Part shown: positions 46,909 to 61,400 of the stretch, one piece after another | Layout: each line of letters starts with the position of its first letter | Position numbering within the stretch: position 1 is the stretch's first letter | Origin: Eledone cirrhosa | Taxonomy: Eukaryota | Direction of reading: 5' to 3' | Assembly: GCA_964016885.1 (NCBI GenBank) | Contig: OZ024743.1 | Location: forward strand, 216,380,001 to 216,444,000 | DNA length: 64,000 nt | Translations under genes and position numbers: made by a program | Notes under the pieces: generated by a model | Told to the model about the DNA's origin: nothing | The model's input: only the letters and a program-made list of their open reading frames with translations | Databases searched by the model: none

Positions 46909-47685
46909 AGTATGTTTATTAAAAGAAACAAACTATTCATACAAAAATTCTGTTTGGGAACAGGTTTTGAATTGATCAATAGAAAAGAGTTAGAGGTCAA
47001 GTTGATAGAATAACAGTAGTAGAAACTTTATGCTAGGAGTGGAGCAATGTAAATTTATGCTTTGACTGAAAAGAATACAGTGTGGAAAACAAAGATAGGG
47101 GTTAAAATGAGGTCAAGTCGATGAGATAGTGAAGGATTCCCCCCAAAAATGTTGATGTTAATAAATAAAGCTGTTAAAAGTGAAAGAAAAATAATTTTTT
47201 GTGGAATGAAAGTGTTAGTGAGAAATACTACTCCTATTTAACTTTCAAGGAACCTAGATACGGAAAATGAGATTAAATTAATTGATAGGTATATTTACAG
47301 AGTTAAAATTATATTAATTCTTATGAGTGTGATAAATAAAGAAGTAAAACAATTAAAAAACTAAAAAATATATATAGAGAAAGACTGAAATAGATAAAAA
47401 TTTATAAAAAGTGGTGTATCTATCTAAACATCCATAATATTAAAGATATTAATTATATTTACTAATCCCAGGTATTAAATAATCGTAGGTATTAAATGTG
47501 ATAGATAGGGGATGCGGTTAAAAGTAGTAGTGAGGTTAAAGATAACGTTAGGTAAAGTGAGTTGCAAGAGGGAAACAAAATTATGAAATTATTTGTAGTA
47601 AATGTCTAATTATAGGTTAACTAACTTAAAGCATTTTTTTCTATTAATTATAATAATATGTAAAATATAAGAATGAGGTATATAT

Positions 47686-48316
47686 TAATTAAGTTTATAA
47701 TATTTGAAGGTTTTTCTAATTCTATGATTGCATGTTATAATTAATTCCTGTCACTTATTTAATAGGATATTTATTAGATTTCATGATTTCAAATAGTTCT
47801 TGGGAGCATAACCTACACTCATATCTGCTATTTTGATAAGGGGTGGCCCTTTTGAGCACGCTCCATGTCAGGTTGTAATCAATGTCCTTTCTATATTTAT
47901 TAATTGCTTCCGCCAAGGAGGTTGTATTAGCTAATGCGGCATTTTTAAAACTATGTTTGTGGGTATTAAATCTTACTTTAAATTGGTTAGAAGTAGCTCC
48001 TATATAGGATTGAGTGGATTCCTTAATACTAATTACACATTTATAGACTATATTATTAATAAGACAATTTCCCTTTAATGGGCAATTTCTTTTGATTACA
48101 GTTACAGCCATTCGGAAATATTGTATCAGGAGAGTTACTTGTGTTAACTATAGTGGTATTAGTGTTCCTATTTTCATTAATGTATGGTTTAGAATAGGTT
48201 GTAATTAGATTAGTATGGTTAGACAGGTTGTTGGTGGGTGATAGTTTAGGGGCTGTGGAGCTAGTAGAGTTCTGTTTGTTTAGGAGATTATTAGTCAAAA
48301 TTGTATTATTAGTCAA
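47686..48316 (-). pseudogene. GIY-YIG endonuclease remnant
   Basis: CPLKGNCLINNIVYKC...YIGATSNQFKVRF...CRLCSQE. Confidence 0.88.
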
Positions 48317-48317
48317 T

Positions 48318-49096
48318 ATTGAAGACCGAACTGAACCCTGAACTATACAACAGAATATAAGTGCTTACAACACATATAAGTGTAAAAAAAAGCATAAATA
48401 TACCACCAAAACATCAAACCAACCATAATAATACTAAAGTAAACCAACACAAACCACCTTCTTCTTCACCTATATTAATTTTGACTAATAATCTCCTAAA
48501 CAAACAGAACTCTACTAGCTCCACAGCCCCTAAACTATCACCCACCAACAACCTGTCTAACCATACTAATCTAATTACAACCTATTCTAAACCATAGATT
48601 AATGAAAATAGTAACACTAATACCACTATAGTTAACACAAGTAACTCTCCTGATACAATATTTCCGAATGGCTGTAACTGTAATCAAAAGAAATTGCCCA
48701 TTAAAGGAAAATTGTCTTATTAATAACATAGTCTATAAATGTGTAATTAGTATTAAGGACTCCACTCAATCCTATATAGGAGCTACTTCTAACCAATTTA
48801 AAGTAAGATTTAATACCCACAAACATAGTTTTAAAAATGCCGCATTAGCTAATACAACCTCCTTGGCCGAAGCAATTAATAAATATAGAAAGAAGGACAT
48901 TCATTACAACCTGACCTGGAGCATGCTCAAAAGGGCCACCCCTTATCAAAAGAGCAGATGTGAGTGTAATTTATGTTCCCAAGAACTATTTGAAATCATG
49001 AAATCTAATGATATCCTATTAAATAAGCGACGAGAATTAATTATATCATGCAATCATAGAATTAGAAAAACCTTCAAATATTATAAACTTAATTAA
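48318..49096 (+). pseudogene. Linker plus GIY-YIG endonuclease remnant
   Basis: CPLKENCLINNIVYKC..YIG..CNLC..LLNKRRELIISCNH. Confidence 0.88.
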
Positions 49097-49876
49097 TATA
49101 TACCTCATTCTTATATTTTACAAATTATTATAATAAATTTTTAAACAAATTTTTTTTATTTAGTTAACCTATAATTGGACATTTACTACAAAGAATTTCA
49201 TAATTTTATTTCTCTCTTGTAGCTCACTTTACCTAACGTTATCTTTAACCTCACTATTTCTTTTAACCGCTTCCCCTAATTATCACATTTAATACATAGG
49301 TTTATTTAATACCTGGGATTAGTAAATATAATTAATATCTTTAATATTATGGATATTTAGATAGATACACTACTTTTTATAAAATTTCATCTATTTCAGT
49401 CTTTCTCTCTATATATATTTTTAATTTTTTTTATTTTTAACTTCTTTATTTATCACACTCTTAAGAATTAATATTATTTTAACTCTGTAAATATACCTAT
49501 CATTTAATTTAATCTCATTTTATGTATCTAGATTCCTTGAAATGTAAACAGGTTTATTATTTCTCACTAACACTCGCATGCCATAACAAATTATTTTCCC
49601 TTCACTTTTAACAACATTCTTTAATAACATCAACACTTTTCGGGGGAATCCTTCACTATCTCATCGACTTGACCTCATTTTAACACCTATCTTTCTCTTC
49701 CCCCACTGTATTCTTTTCATTCAAAGCATAAATTTACATTGCTCCACTCCTAGCATAAAGTTTCTACTACTGTTATTCTATCAACTTGACCTCTATCTCT
49801 TTTCTATTAGTCAATTCAAAACCTGTTCCCAAACAGATTTTTGTATGAATACTTTGTTTCTTTTAATAAACATACT

Positions 49877-50017
49877 TCATCATTTCTGAAGATGGCATAT
49901 ATAAGTGAAGGTATGCATATCTCCTCCGATAATATGTAATTTTTTTTACATAGATCTTTAATATGATATACATACCAACACACACATATATATCCCAGAA
50001 ACGATCGTAAATGATGA
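49877..50017 (+). ncRNA. Hammerhead (long stem II)
   Basis: tcatcattt CTGAAGA tgg...cca GAAA C-GATC-G TA aatgatga. Confidence 0.8.
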
Positions 50018-50089
50018 TTTTTTCAATATAAGGAACCTGTTCTTTGTTTTTATTTCATTGTTTTTATTAATTCATATATATATATAAAT

Positions 50090-50647
50090 ATATTTTGTTT
50101 CTGAATATGATTAGCAAGATTCTTCATCTGAAAACGTGTGTTGACACCGATATTGTTATGCTGTGGGAGGGTCATGTTGCCAATAAGAAACACACGCACC
50201 AGTTGTTTCACTCCAATTTATTATAAATAAAATTCATAAATTTGTACATTTGTACATTTCCGGTTGGTTGGTTGGTTCCATAACCGGACGGTTGTTGATA
50301 TATTCTCAAAGTTCTTTCGTCACACATTATGTGGCCTCGTCAGTGACTGGGGATTCTTTTCTGCGCAACAAAAACCCACACAAAAACAAGATGGCGTAGA
50401 ACACAATAAATGAGAGGCACAAAACAAAGAAAATAATCCCCAGTCACTGAAGAGGTCACACAATGTGTGACGAAAGAACTTTGACAATATATGAACAACG
50501 GTCCGGTTATGGAACCAACCAAACAACCGGAAATTTATAAATTCTTATCATTTATGAATTTAATTTATAATAAATTAGAGTGAAAGCAACTGGTACGTGT
50601 GTTTCTTATTGGCAACATGACCCTCCCAAAGCATAACAATATATATA

Positions 50648-50652
<5 letters not shown>
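50090..50652. mobile_element. Head-to-head HHR element
   Basis: 50150-50358 is inverse to 50433-50652; left tail about 60 nt. Confidence 0.88.
50443..50485 (+). ncRNA. Minimal hammerhead
   Basis: gtca CTGAAGA g-gtcacac-aat-gtgtgac GAAA GAAC TT tgac; related copies near 50307-50347(-), 22178-22220(-) and 63616-63658(+). Confidence 0.7.
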
Positions 50653-50709
<57 letters not shown>

Positions 50710-50831
50710 TTATGTATAATATATATATATATATACATTCGTCATATATATAATATATATATATAAGTTATATATAATATATATATTCGTCATATATATA
50801 ATATATATATATGTATACATATATATACGTC

Positions 50832-50874
<43 letters not shown>

Positions 50875-51118
50875 TTGATATCTAGGCATTGTTAGCTTAA
50901 GACAAACTTAAAAATAAGGAGTGGCACCCCATCCCGAACTTGTTTACAGAATTATTTCTGCCTTTGTTACTCTAAAAATAGAAATAAATTATAGCTTTGA
51001 AGAATTAGCTTTTAATGAATTCCCTTTTCATCAACCAATGACCTACACCCATCCCACTCCCTACTCTCTCCTACCACCTGATGAGACCTATAAATACCAT
51101 ACTTATTTTTTGATACCC

Positions 51119-51169
51119 AGATTCCTGATGATTTCTAAAGAATGAAACAGTTCTAGTCCTGTAGAATCT
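51119..51169 (+). ncRNA. Canonical type I hammerhead
   Basis: agattc CTGATGA t-ttc-taaa-gaa-t GAAA CAG-ttctagtc-CTG TA gaatct; lies in TA-flanked element about 50870-51253. Confidence 0.85.
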
Positions 51170-51253
51170 CTTCTATATTAAAACTTATATACTCTGCAAT
51201 GTATTGAGTACCTTACTTACTGCGGTTACATCCGACTCAACCCGGAATAACGT

Positions 51254-51313
<60 letters not shown>

Positions 51314-51316
51314 GTC

Positions 51317-51361
<45 letters not shown>

Positions 51362-51364
<3 letters not shown>

Positions 51365-51968
51365 GTAGAACACTGGAAGGTAATATCCGTAGAGGTAGAG
51401 CACTCAGTCCATGGGACGAGTTAGGTAGAAGTGGTTACACAACAGTTAGTTCACCATAACGAGAACAATTGTTTCACCTTACGGATACTCACGTCGTAAT
51501 GGACATGATTATACGGAACAGGAAGGACAACCGTACGAACGCCCATGCGCAGAAACCGGTTACTTCACACAGGCAATACTAAAATGCGTGCGAGAGGTGT
51601 AAGGGGGATAACTGCGAAAGGCCGAAAAGTTTTTAGTTGATAAGAAAATGATGATGTTGTTGTAATAATTCAATGCGGAGCTTTGTAGTTATGCAATAGG
51701 TGTTTCGAGACGTCTGGACAACGTATATAGAACTCATTTCTCGTGTTTAGGCAACGCCTATTGCATAATCTCTTTAGAATATTTATTCGTTCATCAATAC
51801 ATAGTCCACACGACGTCTCGAAACACGTCTTGCATAAACGGTTTCTGCGCGTGCGCGTTCGTACGGTTGTCTTTCCTGTTCCGTATAACCATGTCCATTA
51901 CGAGCTGAGGATCCGCTAAGGTCAAACAATCGTTCTCGGTATGGTGAACTAACTGTTGTGCAACTAAT
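51362..51968. mobile_element. Head-to-head HHR element
   Basis: 51437-51560 is inverse to 51838-51960; HHR at 51900-51940(+) and about 51459-51497(-); left tail; mini inverted copy at 52029-52057. Confidence 0.85.
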
Positions 51969-52028
<60 letters not shown>

Positions 52029-52215
52029 AGTAGTTGCACAACAGTTAGTTCACCATATGTTGATTTAAAACTGCACTATCCACAAGTGTTTGTTTAGCCT
52101 TCATATCATGTTCTCCTGTTTTATCTGATGAAAACACAAATATTATTGCATGATGATGTTTGTTTTTGAAATGCGCATAATAAAATACATGGAACTCCTT
52201 TAACCATCTTTTGAT

Positions 52216-52252
<37 letters not shown>

Positions 52253-52585
52253 AGCTCTGCTGATGAATGATATTCCAACCGTGACCATCTCCACTGAAAG
52301 TTTTCATGAAATAGTCTTTTAAGACTATACAGAGCATTTGATGTTATTCCAAATTGAAGGATAAGTGTTTCAAACTTTGTTTTATCATGAGTTAAAGGTC
52401 TATAGATTTTTCCATGGATTTTACTAAATTCTGTGGATGAATTTGTATCCTGATTCTCTTTTGAGATGAGTTTGAGTTATTTTTCCTAAATCTTTCGTTA
52501 ACTACTTTTCCCATCTTGACGTTATAGTCGCATATATGTTATAGAATGCCGTTAGCTTCTTGCTAAAACAATCTCTATACGTCTC

Positions 52586-52616
<31 letters not shown>

Positions 52617-53174
52617 AGAGAGAGAGTGTGTGTGTGTTTGGGAGAGAGAGAGAGGAATGAATAACAAACAGATAAATAAATTAAGACATAGCAGGCGGAT
52701 GTAGTGCATGCACGGTTCAAATACACAGCTAATACAGACATATATTATTATTAGCTGATAGGCTCATTTACACCGCATACAGCTAGCTTCGATGCAGAGC
52801 TGGCATTTTTCACTGTACTCTCATTTTTTAATTCTAATTTCTTACAATCCAAATATAAATAAGTATGCATTATTTTATAGAATTATAATCTAGTCAACGT
52901 ATCCTAAAACAATGGTTTTTAAATCAATCGTTTTAGATAAATGTCATGCCATGCAAAATATTAATTTTCACGAAAATATAATTGGAATCACAACAGCCGA
53001 AATTAGAAAATAAAGATATACAAAACAAATCAATTAAATCAAAATTCCATGACGAAATGAAATATGAAATAACATATGAAATAGGAAAAAACGAATAAAT
53101 TATTATTATTTTTAATTAGACAAAATCAACGGGTACCTTTTGAAGTGCTTTGGCACTAAAAATGTTATATACAT

Positions 53175-53352
<178 letters not shown>

Positions 53353-53619
53353 GTTGTCCAGGAATCTCTGCAGCAAACATTTTTGCGTTGCAGAATCGTA
53401 AGTTGGACATATCACTAAATATTAATTTTGGAACATCACTGCAATTCTTACTCTGATGGAATTTGAAAGATTAATGGTTAAAGTCTTTCCAAATTGTTAA
53501 ACGCTATTCTCTGGACAATTTATTCAGCTTATTGAAGAATATAAATTGTTTATTAGTTGTGTTTTCATTTTCAAATGTTTTATTAATAAAAATATAAGAT
53601 AAAAATCGTAAATAAATCT

Positions 53620-53845
53620 ATTTCAAATAACAACATGACATTTATTTAAACACAAAAATGAAGGGAAAGGCAAAGGGTCTAGGGCACAGAATAATGGAGG
53701 GAAGGGTGAGGATGATGTACTCTAAGCCGACGACGCGGCTGTGTTTGGGCTGTGCCCCACGGACGAGGCCGCAAATGCATTTCTGCAGACAATGGCCAGG
53801 GACACGCACTGCAATAGCCACCTCATTTATTCAGCTCTCGTAGAG
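53620..53845 (-). pseudogene. CRE-like LINE 3' end remnant
   Basis: RWLLQCVSLAIVCRNAFA resembles the CRE terminal QRxSxAIxRGNA; similar to 3482-3530. Confidence 0.55.
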
Positions 53846-55251
53846 CTTTTGACTGGTCTTGAGTCTCTTGTAATTTCGATGATGTGTGCGAAGTTAACAG
53901 CACTCTTATTGAGTTTGTGATTCTTTTTGAGTCTTTCAAAATATTATTTTAGCTTCACGTCATTCCTTAATCGTAAAGCTCGATATTCAGGAGTCTCAAA
54001 TGAATTAAAACTTCCTCGTAGCTGGATACGTTAATTTATTTTCAAATATTATAATTGAATTGAATTCAAATGTAACGAAAAGTTTTCTTCTTCATAGACT
54101 TGGTTTGGTTTGGTTTTGTCTGTGTTTATCTTTTTTTTTAAGATATCCACCAAAATATTTAGCTTTCGTGGGGCTTATGTATCAGCTACTGCGAACAAAC
54201 ACACAACCTCATTGACTCATACAGTCAATTTTATACATAGAAGATATCAGCATGCTGGCAAGACCTCTTTTTATGGCTTGGGTCGAATGGGTTGCCTTTG
54301 TCTGATTCATATTTATTTTAGTGTTCTACTGGACTCGTTGGTGAACCACACCCTACTCCTACTTTCAGTTTGATGTACAGTTTTCATGAATTTCCATTTA
54401 TTAAATTTAGGCCTCATTTTTGAACCCATATCGAAGACGATATACGCCCAACCACGCGCAACCTTGTTTTTACGAAACCAAGTATTTTACCACGAGACTA
54501 TGCCTGCACTGATGTTTATATGGGTGATTGGGAGTACTTAGGTGTACGCGCGCCTGCATGCGTGTGTAGGGGAATTGCATGTGTATGCGTGTGTGAGTGT
54601 GTGTATGTATGTGTGTGTGTGTATGTGTGTGTGTGTGTGTGTGTGCGTGTGTGTGTATGTGTGTGTGTGTATGCGCGTGTGTGTGTGTGTGTGGTTATGT
54701 TTATGTGTGGATATGGTTCTGCATCTATAATATTAGATGCGATGATTAGAAAAATATAGCATATATGATGTCGTGAAGACATTCTACATTCAGTAACTTC
54801 CCCCCAAGTAACAGTTACTTATCAACACAGAGAGTTTTTGGCATAGGTTTATGTTGAAAACACAAGTCTTAGATCTGTGTATGCATATTCCATACAGACA
54901 ATGATGGGTATGCTAAGAAACTGACAGAAATATATTCTTTAATTACCCTGAGAAAATGTATATAATAATGGGATGTGAGTCATCATGTGTTTGACTAAAA
55001 GCTTTTGCCGGATAGATTTATCCAAAGGCAATCCATATTAATGCCATATTTAATCATAATTAAGAATAATGTAGCTCATTTCTTCATATTTTCTGTATCT
55101 TAGTCATTTTGCAGAGAAGTTATCATGTTATTTTCGTATAATGATGCATAAATTCTAGCTAAATTAGAAACAGGAATATAGATAGAAATTAAGAGAGATA
55201 AAGAGAAATTAAGTGAGCGCATAGAGGAAGGAGTGTGCTGTATATTTTCAT

Positions 55252-55305
<54 letters not shown>

Positions 55306-55419
55306 GTGTATATATATATGTGGGTGTGTGTGTGTGTGTGGGGGGGGGGGGGGTTATGTGTATATATATATATATATAATTATATATATATATATATAAA
55401 CATTAATATGGATGTGAAT

Positions 55420-55640
55420 GACAGTGGGTTGGGAGCTATGTTGCCCAGCTAATCACGAGCGTAATGTCAAATGTTCGATTCCACAGCTGCCGTGTTTTGT
55501 CCTTTAGCAAGACACTACGTATATCTCGCGTTGCACCAGATCTTTCAGATAGCAAACTTATGTCGTATTCGAATTCAAGCAGCACAACTGACTAACTGTA
55601 AAATCGTCTGTGGAATGATTACCCACATGGCACATTGCTT
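55420..55640 (+). mobile_element. Degenerate tRNA-derived SINE
   Basis: gttcgattcc B-box followed by ttgtcctttagcaagacact. Confidence 0.6.
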
Positions 55641-55897
55641 TCACGAGCAGCTTCTTCCTTGGTCGCAGCAACTAAAACAGTCTTTATCGGAACCAAAATA
55701 TTAACACATACACACACACATACACACATACACACACACACACACACATATATATATACATATCCAAAATGGCTGACTCAATACGCACGTGTGTTTTCTT
55801 CTCATCCCCCCGCCCATTCCTTCCTCCACTAATTTTTCTATTTTAGCTTTTATATTTCTTTCTATCTTTTGATGAAGGACTTGTTACAACGGTTTTC

Positions 55898-55944
<47 letters not shown>

Positions 55945-56781
55945 TGTATATCTGAGAGAGTATGTGTATGTGTAGACATACACAGCCTATCGTGTATGAA
56001 ATGTGATTATATTCTGATGATATAAAATCAAAAACGTAATGAATATATAAATGAATGAGTAGATTGATACGAGTTAGGGTAATAATTTATGCATAGGAAG
56101 ATAAATTTACCGTAAATTCCCTGAAGGCTTAAATAATCAGTATAAGTGATGCGGTTGCTGCTGTTATTGTTGCTACTGGTACTGCGGTATTTCGTATTCC
56201 TACTGTTAAAAGTAATATTAAAATATTGATTTCTAATATACAACAAAAGCCACATATTTTGGAAGATTGAATCGAGTGGGTGCCGGAATGATGCTTATGT
56301 TATCGATATAAGTAAGCTTGAATTATATGCAACTTGGATATGATATGAAACCCTAACCTACAGTCACGAATCTAAACATTTTATCAATCCAGTTCCTTCA
56401 GTAATATTGATCGATGACAATAGGCAAGTGGCCAATATATTTGGCTGTGCATACGTATTAGCTTAATTCGATCCCCGATAATTGTGTTATCCATTTGAAT
56501 TATCAACTTCAAAATATATGCGATTAAACACCACAAAACATTGTCTCACACTATGTAAATATTGAGTTAATCCACGACGATTAAAATTATGAATGTAAAT
56601 TTGATGACATAGGCACGTGTTCGAAATTTTGTTTCATTAAATATTATATTCAATCGTCCCCAGTACGTCAGGTGACAAAATCAAGTGAGATTTGAACTCA
56701 GAATCTGGGGAGAGTTGTAAGAATTTGGTAAGTCACCTGTTGATATCCATGTGAAAAAACTTGGTAGGCAAAGCAGAAACA

Positions 56782-57010
56782 GTATAGGTAGTTGGGCTGA
56801 ATACTTATTAGACTGACTTGAAGAATTCATACTTGAGCTTTGAAATCTTCATGCGTTAATTCAAATTTCAAATCATTTTATTAATTAATAACTGATTTTT
56901 TCCTTCCAGGAACTATATTGAAAATAAGCCTCATTTGATCATTCGCTGAGATTGTATTGGTAAGCAAATGAAATTTTTAACCTATAGTTTTTTTCAGCCC
57001 ACCCTCGTAT
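56782..57010. mobile_element. Degenerate mariner-type MITE
   Basis: Imperfect TIRs tataggtagttgggctgaa / ttcagcccaccctcgta. Confidence 0.45.
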
Positions 57011-57297
57011 ATGCTGATACTAATTTCAGGATGAAGCTTGGACATTGAACATACAGAAGTGGCGTTTTGTGACGTTTTGGTTGAAGGGGCAACCTCATTA
57101 CTCACTTCTATCAGAACGTATTTGGTTGCACGGAGGATTGTATACCCCGAGTTACAATGAATCTTTAGCTCGAAATTCTCGTTATCCTCTGGGGTAGCTT
57201 TTTCTACGATGAAAGCATGAACAGATTACATAGACTGGTTTATGCACGTATACATTATTTTTCAATTTGTAGATACAAATCTAACGGCTGTACAATG

Positions 57298-57362
<65 letters not shown>

Positions 57363-57539
57363 CTTACGCGATCAATGTCTAAAAGAAAAATATCATGTCT
57401 GGCCTAAGAGATTGTACAGTGTTTACTAATCACCCACCTCCCGATATACACAGATATATATATATATATTAATATATTCATATATATGTATATGCTACAG
57501 TGAAAAAATTAACACGGTCACGCAACACACGTATAAGTC

Positions 57540-58430
57540 GTTTAAATCAAGTGATGCCTGCTCTTGTAATTTTCTTCCTTAATAAATGGACCTAATTCGA
57601 AACTATTCACTGTCTGTATCGGCCTGCGCTAATGGTGTGTACTCTCCCCTCACTTGTTCATAAATTACAGGATCATGACTGACATGCAATAACAAAACCG
57701 GCGTGTGTAGCAACAGTCGAATAAAATTAGCAAACAACGTGACACTATGTAACTCGTCAGAATGAGATATCCGACAATTATTGGATTTGTTTGCTGCTGA
57801 GTCTTGCACGGCATGAGACAAACATAATCTAAAGGGAGCTTTGGTATCGAACTCTATATATGATTTGAGTTTCACTGAAGCAAGTGAAGAATGTAAAGTA
57901 TTCTGGGGCCGTTTTCACAAAATGGTAGCATGCAGGAGGCTGAATTAAGTCCAAGAATTTCAGGAGCTGATGCAGTAATGCGCCAGCTTCAGGATTTGGC
58001 CATATAAATAAGCAAAGAACGTGGAAAATCCAAAGACGCTATCTTAAATTCGGTGTTCGCATCTATACTAACGTATGACCATGTATCTAGGGTACTCTCC
58101 GAAAGAATACCACCGAGAATATAAGTGGTCGAAATTGGATTATTCTGAAGCGCCTCTATTGATACGTTATGCGATAGCCACTATTTCTCCGAATTATGAG
58201 ATCATGGTTCAGATATGACGGACATGTCGTAAGATGGCCCAAGGAATGAATCGCTGAACAGATTTTACGCGCAAAACCAGCAAGCAGGAAACCCAGGCCC
58301 TGACTCCAAACCAGATGGTTTGATAACATCCATGAGATCAGCTGGCCTCGCTTGATGATCCAGCCAGATCAACTGGAAAATGTTACTTCTGAAAGGCGTG
58401 CTTGAGGAGGTTGTCCCCTCGATCTTCACA
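57540..58430 (+). pseudogene. Old RTE-type LINE RT remnant
   Basis: ANNVTLCNSSE*DIRQLLDLF (ADD-region-like); GHVVRWP...EQIL...RKPRP. Confidence 0.55.
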
Positions 58431-61400
58431 AGAAAAAAAGAAGTGTTTAGTTCCCTTTTTTGTTTGTGATGATTTTATTATTATAACAGGAGCGTACGAA
58501 GCGGTTAAAATCCTTTCAAATTTTATTTCATTTCTCTTTTAGTTATGTCAACTTCATTTCATGTCACTGGAGCATTTGCTGACACTATAATCTGCTCGCC
58601 TCCATGAAATATATGACCACCACATTTGTGCATCCTATTTCGAGTTACGGATGTAACAGTTTCATCTCACTGAAGCCTGTAAATGGTTAAGTACTTCCTC
58701 TCGTACTTTGAATAACCAATAAACATCTACTCCCGGACACAATTTATAAATATGGTAGATGTTTATAGTCGTGCGTTACTCGTTGTACTTCATTCAATAT
58801 TACATTTGCTGGAGCAAATCCCTGGATATTAACAAAGTATTATCGAATAGATTAGAAGCATTTGATATATAGGCATATAGATGGCGTTTCAGTGTATCAT
58901 GGAAAGAACATAAATTATGTGATGAAGTACTAAATTAGGCAAGCCCTATAACAATTTTATTAGAAACCATTGAAAATAAATAAACAATGTAGGATACTTA
59001 AATATAAGGATTCATAATAGAAACAAAATGAAGTATAGTATCAAAGGTTAGACACCCTTATGAAGAAGATATATGAAACCTGCATAAGAAACACCCAACT
59101 GAGGATCCATGGCATTCAGGCGATTGACAATGGAAAATATATATATACCATGGACATCCTATTTATCTAATGGCCATAAAGTTTGCTCCGGGCATTACTT
59201 CTGCTGGAATTTATATATTTATATTTTTTAGAAGATGAAGTATATTTATTTCATCTCACGTATACTTTCATTACTGTTTGGTGATACGAACATCTAACAC
59301 TTTATCTATTTTCAAAAATACATGTTTATTTATTCTACTCCATATTTATACGTATATTGCTGTAAATAATCCAGATATCATTTGTACAATGATTTCCTAT
59401 ACACAAATCAATTTTTTTTGTATTTGTCATACAGTTTTTACATTTGACATCTAGTTTGAAGCTTTTCACAGGATAGAGCCAAAGCATCATTTTTATTAAC
59501 ATGAATAAATATATAAAAATGTTGTTCATAATATCATTGTAAGTTTTTTAAATTCCTCCCTGAAAGTATTATCTCTAGTTTATCTATGACTTCTTCCCTT
59601 TTATGTTATATGTCAATGACAGAATAAATAACCTTTTGATTAGAAAAGAGGATTATATATCTAAAGCAGGACTGTCCATTCTGATGAGATATTCATTATT
59701 GAATTGTGTTTACTGTCATGCGCAAATATTTATTTAAATCATTATTGTACGTGTCAGAAATATACTAACAGACTTAACGTTCATATCTGGCATATTACAT
59801 AGCAAATTGATAAAACCTCATTCTACCTTTCAAGTATATACGACAAATGCATTTGATATTAGATTGGATAGCAGCTATCTCCTGCTGTGATGATGATTGA
59901 TGCCATCTGTTCATCACGTGTGTTGATCATTGGTAGGTAGCCTATAGCAATAGACTGAATTAATATTTGAGATGAATCATTGAAGGTAAGGGTTGAATAA
60001 CAACTGATAGATGAGATATAAAATTAAGAAAAATGTACACGTGCTCCAGATGAGGGTGACGTAATGTGTTAGTAAGCATTTGAACAAAACCGAAATAAAG
60101 ATGAAGTGTTAAAAGTAAGAGAATTACGAGTATGGTTGCTGTCACTAGAGTTTGTGAATATTAAGAAAGTTATTAACGTCATAATAAACAATTGATATTG
60201 AAACCAGCACTTTAGAAGATAACCTTGAGCAAATGAAAATGCCAAATAAGGCGTTGAAGCAACGACTGCTTTGTAATTCAGTCATATAAGAGTGATTTAT
60301 AATGAAAATGATAGTGAATATGAGAAAGAAGAATGAAGTCAAAGGAATGGGGAATAATATAAAGACAGAATGAGTAGGGGGATATGAGTAGGGGGATATG
60401 GGCAGATGTATTGAAAGGTTATGAATAGATAGTGGACTTTTGGAAAATGAGTTTGTAAAGAGAATGAATATATGCAAATGATAAATATTTCTAATAGGAA
60501 AATAAATGAGAAGAAATATAACATTGGCAGGATATGGTTAATAATGCAAGTACTGATATGAAGCATATTTATATGTACGTGTACGAGTGTACAGAAAAGG
60601 GTTCGTACGGATGTTGAAATGACTGAAATAGAGAAATAAAATATAGAGAAAATGAAGATATGGGAGTTATAGCTTGAAACAATGCGATATAATCTGTGGA
60701 AATAAGGCCAAAAAGATTAATTTTCAATTTGAAATTAGGTGATATTTTAAAAAAGAACATATGATCTTGTAAAATAAAAGTGAAAGAAAATGACTAAAAG
60801 GCGGCAAAGAGATATGATATACAAATATAGGTGCTAAAGAAACAAGATATATTCATGCCTTGAGCAACTAATGACACTTTACATGGACACAATAGACTCC
60901 GTTATAGAACAATGTGTTTAGAAAACAAATAATCAAGTTATAGAGAAATACTGAAAGATTGAGAAGTAGAGACACACGTAAAGTTATGTAACAGATATAG
61001 AAAGAGGGAAACAGAATGCATTAGGAGACTAATGAGATTGGAATTAGAAAATGGAAATTTTGTAAGTAGATGGCCGAATATATCATAAAGTCAGGATAAG
61101 AAGTCACGAGAAAAGCTAAATGAAAGAAAACATTGAGTAGTTATCATATAAAGTGTAGGGGGTGACGGGTGGCAGGTACATTAGAAGACTCAGAGGGTGA
61201 TGAAGAAAATTAATGAAATAAAAAAAAGTAGAGTACATAGTACTGAATTTTAAAACAATGAAGAATATAAGAGGTGGTAGATAAGGACGTTGATAAAAGA
61301 AATATAGAGAATGAAAGGGAAACAGAATAATAGGAAGGGGAGATATTTGGGAAAGATAGAGGAAATACGAAGAAATAAAAACAAATGTAAAAGAGAAAGA

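Larger units (their letters stand above)
46578..50075. mobile_element. 3.5-kb head-to-head pair of 5'-truncated Naiad PLE copies related to 7043-11663
   Basis: Minus arm 48316-46578 and plus arm 48318-50075, each with GIY-YIG and pLTR; the left arm has a ~135 nt longer tail. Confidence 0.92.

Noticed and set aside
51078-52310. Isolated CTGATGA words at 51078 and 52260
   Set aside because: No correctly placed stem II, GAAA, stem III and stem I.
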